DNA of 64,000 nt from Setoptus koraiensis (Eukaryota; Animalia; Arthropoda): positions 14,880,001 to 14,944,000 of the forward strand of contig CM106586.1 of assembly GCA_048013815.1 (NCBI GenBank), given 5' to 3'. The notes below the pieces were generated by a model. The model made no database searches, was not told where the DNA came from, and was given only the letters and a program-made list of their open reading frames with translations. The translations under genes and the position numbers were made by a program. Shown in pieces: positions 23,462-36,700 of this stretch. Position 1 is the stretch's first letter. Each line of letters begins with the position of its first letter.

Positions 23462-24300
23462 GCTGCGGTCGCTAGAGTCCGGCGGTCGCCGAGCCCGTGG
23501 CCGACGAGAAACGCGCAGTGACGCAAGATACACAATGATAAACGGTGATGGGAGAAGCGACAGGTACGTTTATACGTTGTACAGACACGGTTACATAATG
23601 GCGTCTGTGTGGTCGGGCGACACATCCTAATTAATGGGCCCATGATTGGTGATGATGGGGCGACGATGCTAATTGTTGACGGTTGTGTCCTTTTTCTCTG
23701 GCACTCAAGAAGCCACGATATTTTTAAAAATCTGATTGGTCGCCGGCAGAGCCGCACAGCCACACAAATTGCCACACATTGGTGTTGTGGTTGCGGGTGC
23801 AACTCGACTAGTGGACGGCGTTCGCAACTAAATTGTGTGTCCAGTTTACGCGTAACAATACGCCCAACTGGCCCACAGAAAAATCGCGACCATAGTGCCG
23901 GCCGAAATCGGTTACAAGTTGCCCCCCCACCGCCGCGTTGTGTGTGTGTACTGCGGGCCTTGGGCGACTTGCTCAAATCAATCGGTGAATTCTTCCAGTG
24001 CCAAGGAATCAAGGAACAACGGGCGCTTGTTTGTTGTTGCGGGTTGTTGGCCGGCCGGCCGGCCGGGCGTCGTTTTGGGGTGTCTCGCGTCGTTTTGGGG
24101 TGTCGGCGTTTCGCGGTGTCGCGCCGGGTCGCTTGTAGGGTGAGATGATACACAAAGACGGACGTAGAAACAGAGGGCTGGTTACAGAATTGTTTTACTC
24201 GGGCTGCTGCCTGCGACTCATGCGACGGCGAGCACTTACCTGTTGTGGGCCGCCGATCATTACGATCGTCATTACATAACCGACGGTGGCAAGCGGCGAG

Positions 24301-24436
24301 ACTGAACATTTCAGAATTGAACTGAACAGTTCAGAATTGAACTGAAAATTCAGAATTGAACTGAAAATTCAAAATTGAACTGAAAATTCAGAATTGAACT
24401 GAAATCTCAGAATTGAACTGAACATTTCAGAATTGA
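24301..24436. repeat. 19-20-bp tandem repeat ACTGAA(C)A(T/G/A)TTCAGAATTGA about x7
   Basis: Read directly; no spacers. Confidence 0.9.
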
Positions 24437-26237
24437 AACTGACTTGTGAAATAAAACAAAATACTCACTGTTGAATACTCACCGCGATACAGGGCGATTT
24501 TGAGTGCGCTGCCTTAATTAAGTCACAGGTTGAACTCACGCTGCCGCCGGCGGCCGATCGGTGATCGAGTGCGATCACGGCATGAGCTGTGTCTTTTCGC
24601 TGTCTCTGTCGCTGCTCGCCGACTGGCGCTCGCCACCATCCGATCACCATCCGATCACCGTCCGATCACCGTCCGATATCGACGGCGGCAATGGCAGTGT
24701 CGACAGCATCGACACGCCAACATATCGACACAAATCGACGGTTCACGGCAATCGATCGGCATTTTACATTGGGTGTGCTCGCAATTAATTATTGGCCTCG
24801 CCAATTAGCTGACTGCGGTGACTTGTGGCGAATTGTGGTGAATTATGGCTCGCTGAAACGATTGTTGAACCACAAACAAGCCAAAGCTGCAACGTTGCAC
24901 TCCGTCTGGCTGGCTGGCTAGGCAACAATCAGCAGCTGTTTGTTGTTGCGCTGTTTGTTCGTGTGAATGAGTTTGTGTGCCAATGCTGCTGCTGCTGCTG
25001 TCAGAATATTATTGGTGCTCGTTACATAACTAGACTCACTTGTCAGTCTAGTAGACTGGCTCACACAATGATGTGTGATTGTTGTTGTGTCAAGTAATTC
25101 CTTGTCGTCGCCGTCGTCGTCGCCGTCGTCGTTGTTGTTGTCGCTGTTGTTGTTTCTGTTGTTGTTGTGTCAAACTGTGTGTGTGTGTGTGCTCTTTGTT
25201 CAACAAACTTTGTTGTGTGTCCGCCGCCGTTCAACAACCGACAACCACTGGCCCGTTTCGCGGCGTGTCTCTCGCGTATCACTGTTAGCGGTTCGAATGT
25301 CTCTCCAAATCTCTTATGTAACCTCACTCTTGCGCGCCGTCCCGTGCATCGGCCAGCGCGATTTGTGCCGCCGGCCTGTCGGCCAGTCCATTGGGCATGC
25401 GTCCGGCCCGATACCGCGACACTGCGACACCGCGATACGCCGATACGCCGATACGCCGATACGCCGATACGCCGATATGCCGATACTGCGCCATCGGGAC
25501 CCCGATCGCGCAACCATCGCCCGAATATACCTGTGCGTGCTCTACCTGTGCATGTTCGTGTTGCTTGCGCACGGTTGGGCCCGTTCGCACAACGCTCACA
25601 CTCGAAACACGATTCACATGGCGCAACAATATTGTCGATATTGTGCGCAAATCATCCACGTTACGTAACGCACAGTTGTGAGACGATTGTCACACTATTG
25701 TGCGTGCAGTGGCAACTGACTCAGCACTCATCAATGTCGGCCATTGCTGGTCGCACTTGCTGGCTGGAAAATATTGCTGTTGCGCAACAGCACACACTGC
25801 AACTGTGTGCCGGCAACATGTTGTTGCAATATCCACGAGTTACATGATGCTTAAATGATGCTCAAATGATGCTTAAATGATGCTTAAACAGCCATACGGC
25901 ACCGTTGCGCAACGGTGCGATATGGCAACACGGCTGAACAGGGCCAGAACTGGCCTGAACTGCGCTGTGCGCATGTAAGCGGTCACTTGACCACTCGATA
26001 TGGCACAGGTGAGCTATGGCTGAGATGTGGCTAGCACGTCAATCTCACGTCATTGTCAGTGTTGTTGTCAATGTTGCTGTTGATGGGATCGTTTCGCCGA
26101 TTGACATTGTGGGCACGCTCAAACGCTGTGCGTGCCCACAATGCGCTCGCGATCGTTATCGGACACTCGTTATCGGATAATCGCTGGCGGATAATCGCTG
26201 GCGGATAATCGTTAGCGGATAATGTGCGCCACGGGGC

Positions 26238-26321
26238 GCATGCCGCTCATGAGTAAATGCATGCCGCTCATGAGTAAATGCATGCCGCTCATGAGTAAAT
26301 GCATGCCGCTCATGAGTAAAT
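26238..26321. repeat. 21-bp tandem repeat GCATGCCGCTCATGAGTAAAT x4
   Basis: Read directly. Confidence 0.95.
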
Positions 26322-27889
26322 AAATCACAGTTCCAATCATCATGCTCACAGTTGATATGCCCACAATTATGCTCGTGCAATGGGCGCCCGCGAGCGGATA
26401 GTCGGATGGTCGGATAGTTTGTTCTGTTGTGGGCACTTGTTGGTGTTGGTGTAACTGTAATTGTGGTAATTGCGCGCTGTTGTGATTTATGCTTTTTCTT
26501 GATTGGTTGCGATTGCTCAAGCGGACGCTTCGAGATAATTGGCACACTTAGCGGCGGCCGTTTGTGGCGGTGCCCAGGTAACACAAGCAGGCAAACAAAC
26601 AACAAGCAAACAGCAAGCAAACAAACAACGATGAGTGGTACTCGTCGCCCGCTAATAGCACCAGAGAAGCCACGGAAATCAATCAATGTGTTAGTGCGCT
26701 TGCTAATAGTCGCTTTAGCAGCCGTCGCTCATGCAATCGCTAATTATTAATTAATTATTATTATTATCGCCAACAATGTGCCGCCGCGGCCACAAATCAA
26801 CAATTATGCTGGCATCATGGTAATTAACACCATTTAATTAGCACTGTGGCGTCGTGCATTGCATACACGACGGTGCATCACGTATTGGTGATATGCGTCG
26901 ATATTATACTAGTAGTGTGCTTGATAATGCTCGTAATTGATTGATCTGTCGGCCGGCCAATGAGTTTGGCGCGACGCTCTTTGGCATGGTCAGTGGTTCA
27001 AGTGGTCATCGCTTTAATTAATGTTAATCTTAATTTAAATAATGGGCGCAAATTGATGAGCGCGACTGAGTTGTTCTATTTCGCAAACGCGCGTATTTAC
27101 CGTGAATTCTACCAGTGCCATTTAAGGCAGCGAGAAGTGATTGTGCTGCTGCTGCCGCTTGATTTTGCTGCCGCTTCATTGTGCTGCCAGTGGTCAAACC
27201 GCCCAACAATCAACCGCCAATTAATCAGCCGCTAATTGATCAGCTGCTAATTGATTAGCCGCTAATTAATCGGCGTGTCAGTGATTTGCGCTGCCTGGCA
27301 CCGCTTTGTGCTGACTCGGGTAACGGCTCGCGCGCCGCATTGCGCAATCAACAAACAATAAATCTTGGTGCGGCAACAAGTTCAATTAACAATTGTAAGT
27401 GCGCCGTCGATGTGAGATGTTGGCTTCTTGCGCTTGCATTGGTGTTTGCATTGGTGTTTGCATTGGTGTTTGCATTGGTGTTTGCATTGGTGTCGCTGGC
27501 GTCGGTCGTGTCGGTGTTGTGCCAGTTGCGCCAATTGCGCCAATCGCGCCTGTTGCGCCTGTTGCGCCGCTTGGCGACCCGCTGCGTGGCACACAATTAC
27601 ATAGTTACATAATAGTTGATGCAAGTCGCCGATGAGAGGGCACCCGCTGCGTGGCGACCAGTTGAGCTTGTTGCTGCTGCTGACCTGTTGCTGGTTGCCT
27701 GTGCACTGTTGACACTGTCAGCTGGTCAGCTGGTCAGTTGATGGTGATTACGTTTGATTAGTGATTGCGTTCGATTAGTGATTGTGACTGCACTGCTGAT
27801 TGTGGCAAATATCATCGTCACATTTGTCTTGTTTGCTTACTGTTTGCTGGCGCGTTTGCGATTCACCCGCAACCCGCAACCTGTAGCTG

Positions 27890-28030
27890 CTGTTTGACTG
27901 CATCGACTGTCGCTGTTTGACTGCATCGACTGTCGCTGTCTGACTGCATCGACTGTCGCTGTTTGAATGCATCGACTGTTGTTGTCTGACTGTGTCGACT
28001 GATTTTGTCGTCTGACTGCATCCACTGATG
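27890..28030. repeat. Imperfect 23-bp tandem repeat CTGTTTGACTGCATCGACTGTCG
   Basis: Three near-perfect copies plus degenerate copies. Confidence 0.8.
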
Positions 28031-30290
28031 TTGCTGTTGGACTGTATCGAGTGTCGCTGTCGGCGATGTTGACTGTCGCCGGGCTCGACTCGGAATGACA
28101 GCCAGTGGCCACTGATCGACGAAATGATACATTCTCTTGTTGTCTTGTTGTCTTCTTCTGTCTTGCTGCGCGCTCTGTCTGTTTGTTGCGCAATTTTGTC
28201 ATCTGAGCGCCGTCCGACGAGTGTCATCTTCGCTTGCGCAATCTTCTCTCACACACGTCAACCGATCGCGTCGATCGGCGTCGATCGCCGCTGTCGCGTC
28301 GGCTTTGGTTGTTGCTCGGGTTGTTGCTTCGACTGTCGCTTGGCTTGCCGATGTCGCTGTTGTTGTCGGTGTTGTTGTCGCTGTTGTTGTCGCTGCTGGT
28401 TCGGCTGTCGCTTGTTGTTGTCGCTGCTGGCGCGCCGATCGCCGATTGATCGACCGATCAATCTGGCCACTAAACAACAAGTGCTGGCTTCTTCTTTTTG
28501 ACTTATTCTCCGCTCCACTCGGCGCTTGCAACTCGCAACTTGCGACTCACAACTTGTGTGTGTGTGTGTGTGTCTCGCAACCTTGGCACAGCCTCGGTCG
28601 CCATAACTGACACCGTCACTCTCTGACAGCGAGTCGCTGTTGTGGCAACAACACTGTTGCTGCTGCAACAGTGTGCGACTCGTCTACACACACACACACA
28701 CACACACTCACAACAACAGCAGCAACAACAGCATCAACAGCAACAACAACAACAACAACAATCGCAACACACAACAATAGTTACACCTGTGCGCGTAGCT
28801 CCAGTGCGCAGCTACATTGGCGCCACCTACACCTGCCGGCGAATTGTTAGTGTACTATTGTTGCATGCATTGTCGTGTGCACCTCATCTTGCTATCTGGT
28901 GCACGGTGCACTGGCCGCTGTTGCTGGCCTGTCTTATGTGAGCATAAGTTGCATCACAAAAGTTGCATCACAGCCATTGTGGCACACAATGTGTGTGTGT
29001 GTGTGTGTGTGTGTACACTGTGTTTACCTGTTGTGTCTTGTTACCTCTGGTCAGCAGTGTCTGCTGTTGCGGGTCTGCTGTTGCCAGTCTGCACCATGCA
29101 CCGTCTGCATGCACCGAGTGGACGACTCGCAAACCAACTGGCGCAACCCGCAACTGCAGTCAGCATCGTGTGTTATGTAAGTATTATTAGGTAGGTATTA
29201 TGTAATACTTACACACTACATAAACAGTGCACTTGCGTATGATATGTGCGACACTTGGCTCGTTCAATGCTTGGCTCACAATAATTGTAATACGATTGCT
29301 ACAATGTTAAACGAAATGACCAACTGGACAGAGTGTTGCGTAACACACTCTACGTAACACACAGGCTTGTTGCGCAATGTTACGCAGCGCGGACAAGCGG
29401 ACAGGCCGATTAAACTGTGCAAACTGGGCTCTGTTTACTGTTGCGCAATCATGAAGCGCTGGCATGTTGAGCTCGCTGGCATGCTGAGGCTTGCTGACAA
29501 TTGCGCAACGATGGCCGTCGTCAGGTGAGCGTCGCCAAACGAAGCGGCGCTGACGTCGCCGACGTTGCTTGTGTGAGAATCGGTTGCGCAATGACTGACA
29601 ATTGTCAGTGTGACTCGCAGCTCGCTTGTCGGCGGCATCGGGCGCGCCAGCGGAGCTGCGCGACGCGACTGCGCCGCAAACAATCGAGTGGCCGCCGACG
29701 CTGCGAGTCGCCACTGACACCGCCATCGAACCAACGAAATCGCCGGCGTCCGCCCGAGTCGCGTCCATTGCTCACCTGTTGCCGGGCCGGCGGGCGCAGC
29801 GGCCAGTCGGGCACAGACGCGGCGGCCTGCGGCCGACGCAGTCGCCGGCCAGGCGAGTGGACGCGCCGAGAGTCGCCGGCAAACCGACGGCGCATAGAGA
29901 CTCTATGACACGGAGCACATCTGACTGTCGCTCCATGCCACGGAGACTCTATGACAGAGCCGGTGCACCGAATGGTCGCACAATGGTCGCGCAATCGCCG
30001 CGCAATTGCCGCGGAATTGCCGCGGAATTGCCGCGGAATCGCCGCGCAGTGGCCGCGCAATGGAGAGAGTGCGTGAGTTTCGTCATGCTTGGCTCGCTTG
30101 CAAATGTCGCAACGCTTGGTTCAATGCCAGCCGGACGTCGTCCCATGGACGCAACAATGTAATTTGTCAATTCAATGGCCGCCTCTGGCCGCTTCTCACA
30201 ATGCGTCGGTTGTCGATGCGCGCAGCAGCGTCGGCGCTCGGTTCGCTCGGCCGCTCCGAATCGAGAATCGCGGATCGCGGGTTGCGAGTC

Positions 30291-30416
30291 CAGAATCGCG
30301 AATCCAGAATCGCGAATCCAGAATCGCGAATCCAGAATCGCGAATCCAGAATCGCGAATCCAGAATCGCGAATACAGAATCGCGAATACAGAATCGCGAA
30401 TACAGAATCGCGAATC
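30291..30416. repeat. 14-bp tandem repeat CAGAATCGCGAAT(C/A) x9
   Basis: Read directly. Confidence 0.95.
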
Positions 30417-33400
30417 CAGAAGCGAATGGCGAGAGTTCAGAAGCGAGGGCGACACTGGCCGCCGAACAGTGTTCTCGAACGAGTCGGAATGTTCTCGCAT
30501 CGAGCGGCATCGTGTGCCCGTTGCAGCGCCGCGTCCGCCGCCCGCCGCCCACTGCCCACCGCCAATTGCCCGGCGCACAAGCGTGAGCTGTCACTGTCGA
30601 ACAGTCGCCAGTGGTACTTTTCTGCTCGTTCTTCGCCTCTCTTCGCTATTGGCCGTTCTCACTAGCTTCTTAGCGAACTTCTTAGCGTTCGTGGCCGGCG
30701 CTCGCCCGTTCTCGCCCACTTGGCCGCTCGTCTACCTGGCACCTGTGCGCCGCTGTCCGGCGGTCGCCGCGCCGCTCAATTGTTCGGCTGCGGCCCCATA
30801 TTCGCGGCGTCCGCGCCGTCCGAGGCACCCGACGCGCTCGGAGGCGCGAGTGGGCGCCAGTATGTCGCGCAAACGGTCGCTCGGCCGGCACGCAGCGTGT
30901 CTCGCCGCGGCGGCACCGACAGGCGGCACCGACGGGCGACATCGACGGGCGGCCGGTCGCCTGCGGGATGAGCGCCCGAACAATCGATCGCTGGCGGAAC
31001 TGATCCAGTTGCGCAGCGACAACAAAAGACAGGCAACAGGTAACGCGCCGGGCCTGCGACTCGGCCGGTGCCAATTAAATGTTGCCACTGGATAGCGCCA
31101 CTGGCGACGCGACAATATGAGCCGGCCCGAGCGCGGTGCGGGCGACACACGGCAGCCACTAACAAGACACTAACAGACAGCGTGCGCTCGGCATCGAGCA
31201 ACGACCGCGGGCCGGGCAAGGCCACGCGGCCGGCCGGGCCGCGGACGACGGGCAGCCAGCGGAGCCCGCGAACGACGAGAAGCCCGCAAACGACGAGAAG
31301 CCCGCGAACGACGAGAAGCCCGCGAACGACGAGAAGCCCGAGCAGCCCGAGAACGGCGAGCAGCCAGAGAAAGACGAGAACGGCAAGAACGACGAGAACG
31401 GAGAGAACGACGGGAAAGAAGAGAACGGCGAGCGGCGCTGGTTGTTATTGAATAACAACTTTAACGCTTCAATACGTCGCAATGGGTCGCGACGCGCAAC
31501 ACGGCAATCGATACCGGCGACAGTGACGCTGGCGACGCATCGCCAGCGCCGACCAATCGCAACGCCGCCGCCGACACGCCAGACACAATGCCTTTGGCTC
31601 GTTGCACAACGCTCACCTGTGGCCGGCTCACCTGTCGCGGGCTCACCTGTCGCCTGCGTCCAGTGGCTTGTGTGCATCGCGCGCATCGTGCGTCTCGGGT
31701 GTCGGCCTGTGCGTCGGCCCGCTCGCCATCTATCACACCGCCGACTGACAGTGCCCGACCGACAGTGTCCGAGCGACTGTGTCCGAGTGACGCATCAGCC
31801 GGCTCAGTCGCTGCCGTAAGCTCGACAAGAGCGACCGGACACAGCGATGCTTGCGCAACCGGAACACACGCTTACACACGCATGATTAGAAAAACAAAAA
31901 CTCCGATGGGAAGACGCAACGCGAAACAATGTCGCTCATGTCGCCTCACATTTACCTGCGCGCCGGTGTGTGCCATCGCCAATTAAATCGTGTCCGGCCA
32001 GCCAATGTGTCGCTTCGTGTCACTTGGCCCGCATCATTTTGTCATCGTCGATGGGCCGACGCTAATTAATTCTTTGTCATTGCTCTGTCGCACGCTCATC
32101 GGCTGGCCTCTGGCCAACGCCGCTCGTCGCAAACAATCGCCGCTCAACGCTTGCTTGTGTGTCCGCCAGTCGCACAATCGCAAGACCATCGGTCAGCCGG
32201 CGCGAGCATCGTCGGTCGGCCGGCGCGAGCGTCGTCGGTCGGCCGGCGCGAGCGTCATCGGTCAGCGTGATGCTCGCGTCGCTGAGTGATTGTCGTCGAG
32301 CCGCCTGACTCAATTGATCTAATCTAAAGTGACTAATACCAGACTCGTTGGCCATTGGTGCAACTCTCGTCTATGGCCTTCACTATGTATACTTGACCAT
32401 ATTCACTTGACCATATACGCTTGACCATATAGGCTTGACCATATACGCTTGACCATATATGCTTGACCATGCTGACTGACTGTATTTACCTGGCTGGCCA
32501 CTCGGAGCGGTGGCGTCGCTTGTGCGCTGTGACACTAATTAGATGACTCGCTAATTAGCGCCGGCCGACTTGTGGCCCTCGGAGAAGCCAAAACGAACAA
32601 CGAGCACAAGTGTCAAGCCGACAATCTGCCGATCGGGTCGCTTGTGGCGCCATCTCGCGACGCAAGCTCCACTCCGCTGGGCTAATTATGGCAGCCAATT
32701 AATAGGTGCACCATTTGCTCGGCCATAACAACCACAGCTATAACAACGACAGCTACAACGACGACGGCCATAACAACGACATTACGACAGGTAAATAAAT
32801 ACGACAGGTAATATGAGTTACGCAACAATTGCCAGTGACCGGTGCGGACGTGACACGGCTTAGTCGCTGTTGTCAGAAGAGAGAGGCAGAGACATGTGGC
32901 GACCGATAGTGGCCAGCGCGAACAACGTAACGAAACAACGTGACAATGCAGTGTGTACATTTATGGGTAATTAACAATTGCTGCTCGAAATACATACTTA
33001 TATAATATAAGTCAGTGAATATATAACAGTATTCTTATATAATAGCCAGATAATATGGAAGGCCGGTAATTGGCAGTGTGTGTCGTGAAAATTGTGACAT
33101 TTTGTCGCTGTCGGTGTTGTCGTCACAAAACAATTGTCGTGCTAATTGCCGGCCAGCGGGCCGACAAGTTGTGGGCACCTGCTGCGACAAGCAACAACAG
33201 CCGACAAATATATCGCCGTAAATCTAATCGTTGCGCCGATAACAACTTGTTGCCTCTCGATTTGTGCATCGCTGCTTGCTTTTGTATTATTAACATCATT
33301 GCTTTTGCATTATTAACGGCACATCATTGCTTTTGTATATCATTAACAATATATCATTATTTTTGTATATATATATTAGTTATTTGGTGTATGAGTAGTG

Positions 33401-33716
33401 TCATGAGTAATAGTAATCAATGGTAATAGCTAACTATGGTGGCAGTAACAACAGGTGACCAGCGACAGGTGCCTGTTGCCTTCTCTCAACGCTGTTAGCG
33501 CCAGGCCGTTACGTCTGTCTGGTCGCGGTAAAACATTTAAAATTATATTCACAAGGTATCAGCACGCCCACGCCAAAAACAAGCGGCCGAATTGGCGGGC
33601 GCGCGACCAATTCGAAGGGGCCACAGCGGCTCACAGTCACCTGTCGGGTATACTATCGCAGCGCATGCATGCCTGCACCACGCCACGGGTAGTGACTGTG
33701 ACTGTCGGTTGGGCCC

Positions 33717-36700
33717 TCAATTAATTATGTATTTGCCTATGTGGGCCGGATTGTTTGCCGGGTCATAATTGGGCCGCGACGAGGCCGATTGTCGTGAGGC
33801 GCCGTAGTAGTGCTGTTGCTTTGGCTGCTGCATCTGTTGCTGTTGTTGCAGTTGTTGCTGTGGCGCATCCTGCTGTTGCTCTTGCTGCTGCTCCATTGCC
33901 TGCTGACCGCTTGCGTCCATGCCCGCCTGACCCGCGCCACCCGAACCCGACTCCTGACCCTGCACCATGTAACTGGGGCCCTCGTAACCGGAAGCGCCCG
34001 GCCTCGAGAAGTCTATCACTGGCGTTGTTTGCATTTGATTGGACTCTTGGCCCATCTGCGACGAATGCTGTTGTCGTGGGTCTTGGCCGTATTCTGAGTC
34101 TTGCGCCGACGAGGCCATCTCTTGGCCACTGCCCGCCGACATGGCCGATTGTGGCGCGCCCTGATGATGATGTCCGCCGGGCACCTGAGCGTAGTGCTGA
34201 TGAACGCCAGTAGTCTGTCCAATCACCTGGTTGTCGTTCATCTGTTTCCACGTCTGATGATGCTGGCCGCCGCCGCCGCCGCCCCCGCCTTGCCGAGACG
34301 AGCCCTGTCCGTTGTCCGGGCCCACGTTCAACGGGTCATCCTCGAGCGCCGGATACACCTCTCGTGGGCCTCCGTTGCCAGAATTTTGATTGTTGTAATT
34401 GGTGCCACCACTAGTGTCACCGTTGTAACTCTGTTCACCGGCGCCTAGATGGCGTTGTTGCTGGTCTTGGTAATTATTGTTGCTGGAATGTTGCTGATAA
34501 TGCTCGTTGGACCTGTAAAAGTTGTTGTTGTTGTTGTTTGACTGGTGCTGGCCGCCCCCATTGTTGGACCAGTTGCTACTGTCTGAATGGCCGCCCGTTT
34601 GCTGGTTGTTGGAGCCCGCATAATCGTACGGGTTCACGTCGTTGTAAGAGCCCTGAAATTGTTCCGGGCCGCCCCCCACGGGAGCCCCGTTGCCCCCGTG
34701 CTGATGATGAAATTGTGAGTGACCGATCAATTGTGAATCTTGTTGCGCCAACCGACTGTTGTGTTGTGGGTGCGCCGGAAACGAGGGATATTGCGATGCG
34801 GCCTGGTACGGTGTAGAGCGGCCGCCGCCGCCCAAATACGGGTCCTGGTGCGACGAGTGATCGTTCATTTCGTGGCTTTGCGGCTCGAAGCTGTTGTGAC
34901 TGCTGTGATAGTTTGAGTTCATCACCTGGCCGGGCTCGCTCGCGTGTCTGTGCATCCGGCCCGACTCGTCAACAAAGTGATTGCCCGGGCTGAATTGGCT
35001 GCCGCCGTCCATTGGTCCGCCGCCTCCGCTGTATCCGCGCGCTGGTCCCACGTCGTTGTCGAGCGCCTCATAGGGGCCCTCCGGTTGCGACAACTGCTGC
35101 GCGGTCGGACTCGAATACGGGTTTCCGCTGCCGCCCATGGAGTGATGCGAGCCGGCCTTCATGAGGGGCGCGCCGTCATAGTTGCCGCCGGAGTCGCCCT
35201 CGTCGGCCGAGCCCCCGAATCCGCCGCCGCCGCCGCTGGGACCCGAATAGCCGGACGAGTGGTGCGCCGAGAACGAATCGGGTCCCGGACCGAAGCCGCC
35301 CCCGCCGCCGCCGCCCTCAAAGTGAGACTGGTCGCTGTTGTAGGCGCCCGACGAGGCCGTGTCGGGCAGCGAGCCCGACGAGTAATGGAAGCCCTGCCTG
35401 TGGTGACCGCTGCCGAAACTGTCCGGCGATTGAAATTGGTCCGCATGATTGCCCGGGCCGGAGTTGTACGGGGACGAGAACGAGTCGCCGTCGGCCGCAT
35501 GATGCAGCCTATGATCGACGTATGAGTTGCCCGACGAATGGTGCGACATTCCGCCGCCGCCGTCCATGTATCCGCCGCCCGGGTTGTAGCTGCCCATTGA
35601 GCCGCCCATAGAGTCCATTCCGCTCATGTAACTGGCCGAACCGTGCAGCCGGCCGCCGTTGCCCGGGCCGCTCGGGCCGCCGCCCTGCGAGTGTGCGGGC
35701 TCCGCGCTCACCTCCTCCTCGCCGGCCTCCTCGCGCTCCTTGAAGGTGGGCGGCGCCTCGCGGTCCCGCAGAACGCTCTTGTCCATGCCGACAATGTCGT
35801 CGACGTGCTGACTGGCGGTGTCCAGGTCGCCCGCGTCGCGTATGGTGTGCCCGTCGAAACGTTGCACCGCTAGTCCGCTGGCGGCGCTCTCTAGCGCGTC
35901 CGTCCGAATGAGCGCGTTGAGCTCCTTCTTCAGCTTGACACTGTCGCCATCCATTGTGGTCAGAGCCGGTTCCTCGTGGCTCAAATTCACCTGCTGGTTG
36001 GCGAGCGTTGCGAGGGCGGCGGGGGGCGTTGTTGCGGGCATTGCCAGGGCCAGGCCGGCCGCGCTGGTGGAGGCGGCCGCGGCAACGCTTGTGGTGGCCT
36101 TAGTGAACAGACTGGCTATGCTAGAGGCGAGCTTGGCCAGGCCCGCCATGACGGGCCGCTCAGTGCTGGCCGCGGGCGGCGCCGCCGACAGCCCGAGGCC
36201 CGGCGGCAGCGCCGAGCTTTGAATCTCGAGCTGTTGCTCGAGCCCGGGCTCGGGCGCGGGCTCGAGTGCGGCCGGCCCGAGGCCGGACAGGTCCTGGCAC
36301 AGGGCGCCGTGTTTAGAGTTGGTTGTTGTAAGCGACAAAACTATTATACTGACTATGATTACATAATGGATGGCACATTGGAATAAGAGCATGCTGTTGC
36401 TGGCCGAGCAGCTCTTGCTGAACGTCTGGTGCGGCGCCGCCTCGGATCCCGTCACGACCCGTTGCGCCGCTTGTCCCGGCGGCGCTTTGTGTGCGTGTCT
36501 TTGATTGTGTGCGTCTCTTTGGTTGTGTGCGTCTTGCTGATTGCGTGCGTCTTGCTGATTGTGTGCGTCTCTTTGGTTGTGTGCGTCTCGCTGATTGTGC
36601 GCGTCTCGCTGATTGTGCGCGTCTTGCTGATTCTGTGCGTCTTGCTGATTGTGGCCGTGGCGACCGGTTGCTGCGTTGCACGAGTCGGACATTGTTGTGC

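Noticed and set aside
22144-30416. Short direct-repeat arrays as possible CRISPR arrays
   Set aside because: Units are head-to-tail with no unique spacers, there are no cas genes, and the context is eukaryotic.
21100-33700. ORFs of 150-310 aa such as 23374-24309(-), 25167-25847(+) and 30175-31095(+)
   Set aside because: Stop-poor GC-rich and tandem-repeat DNA gives overlapping ORFs in most frames, and the peptides mirror the repeat units.
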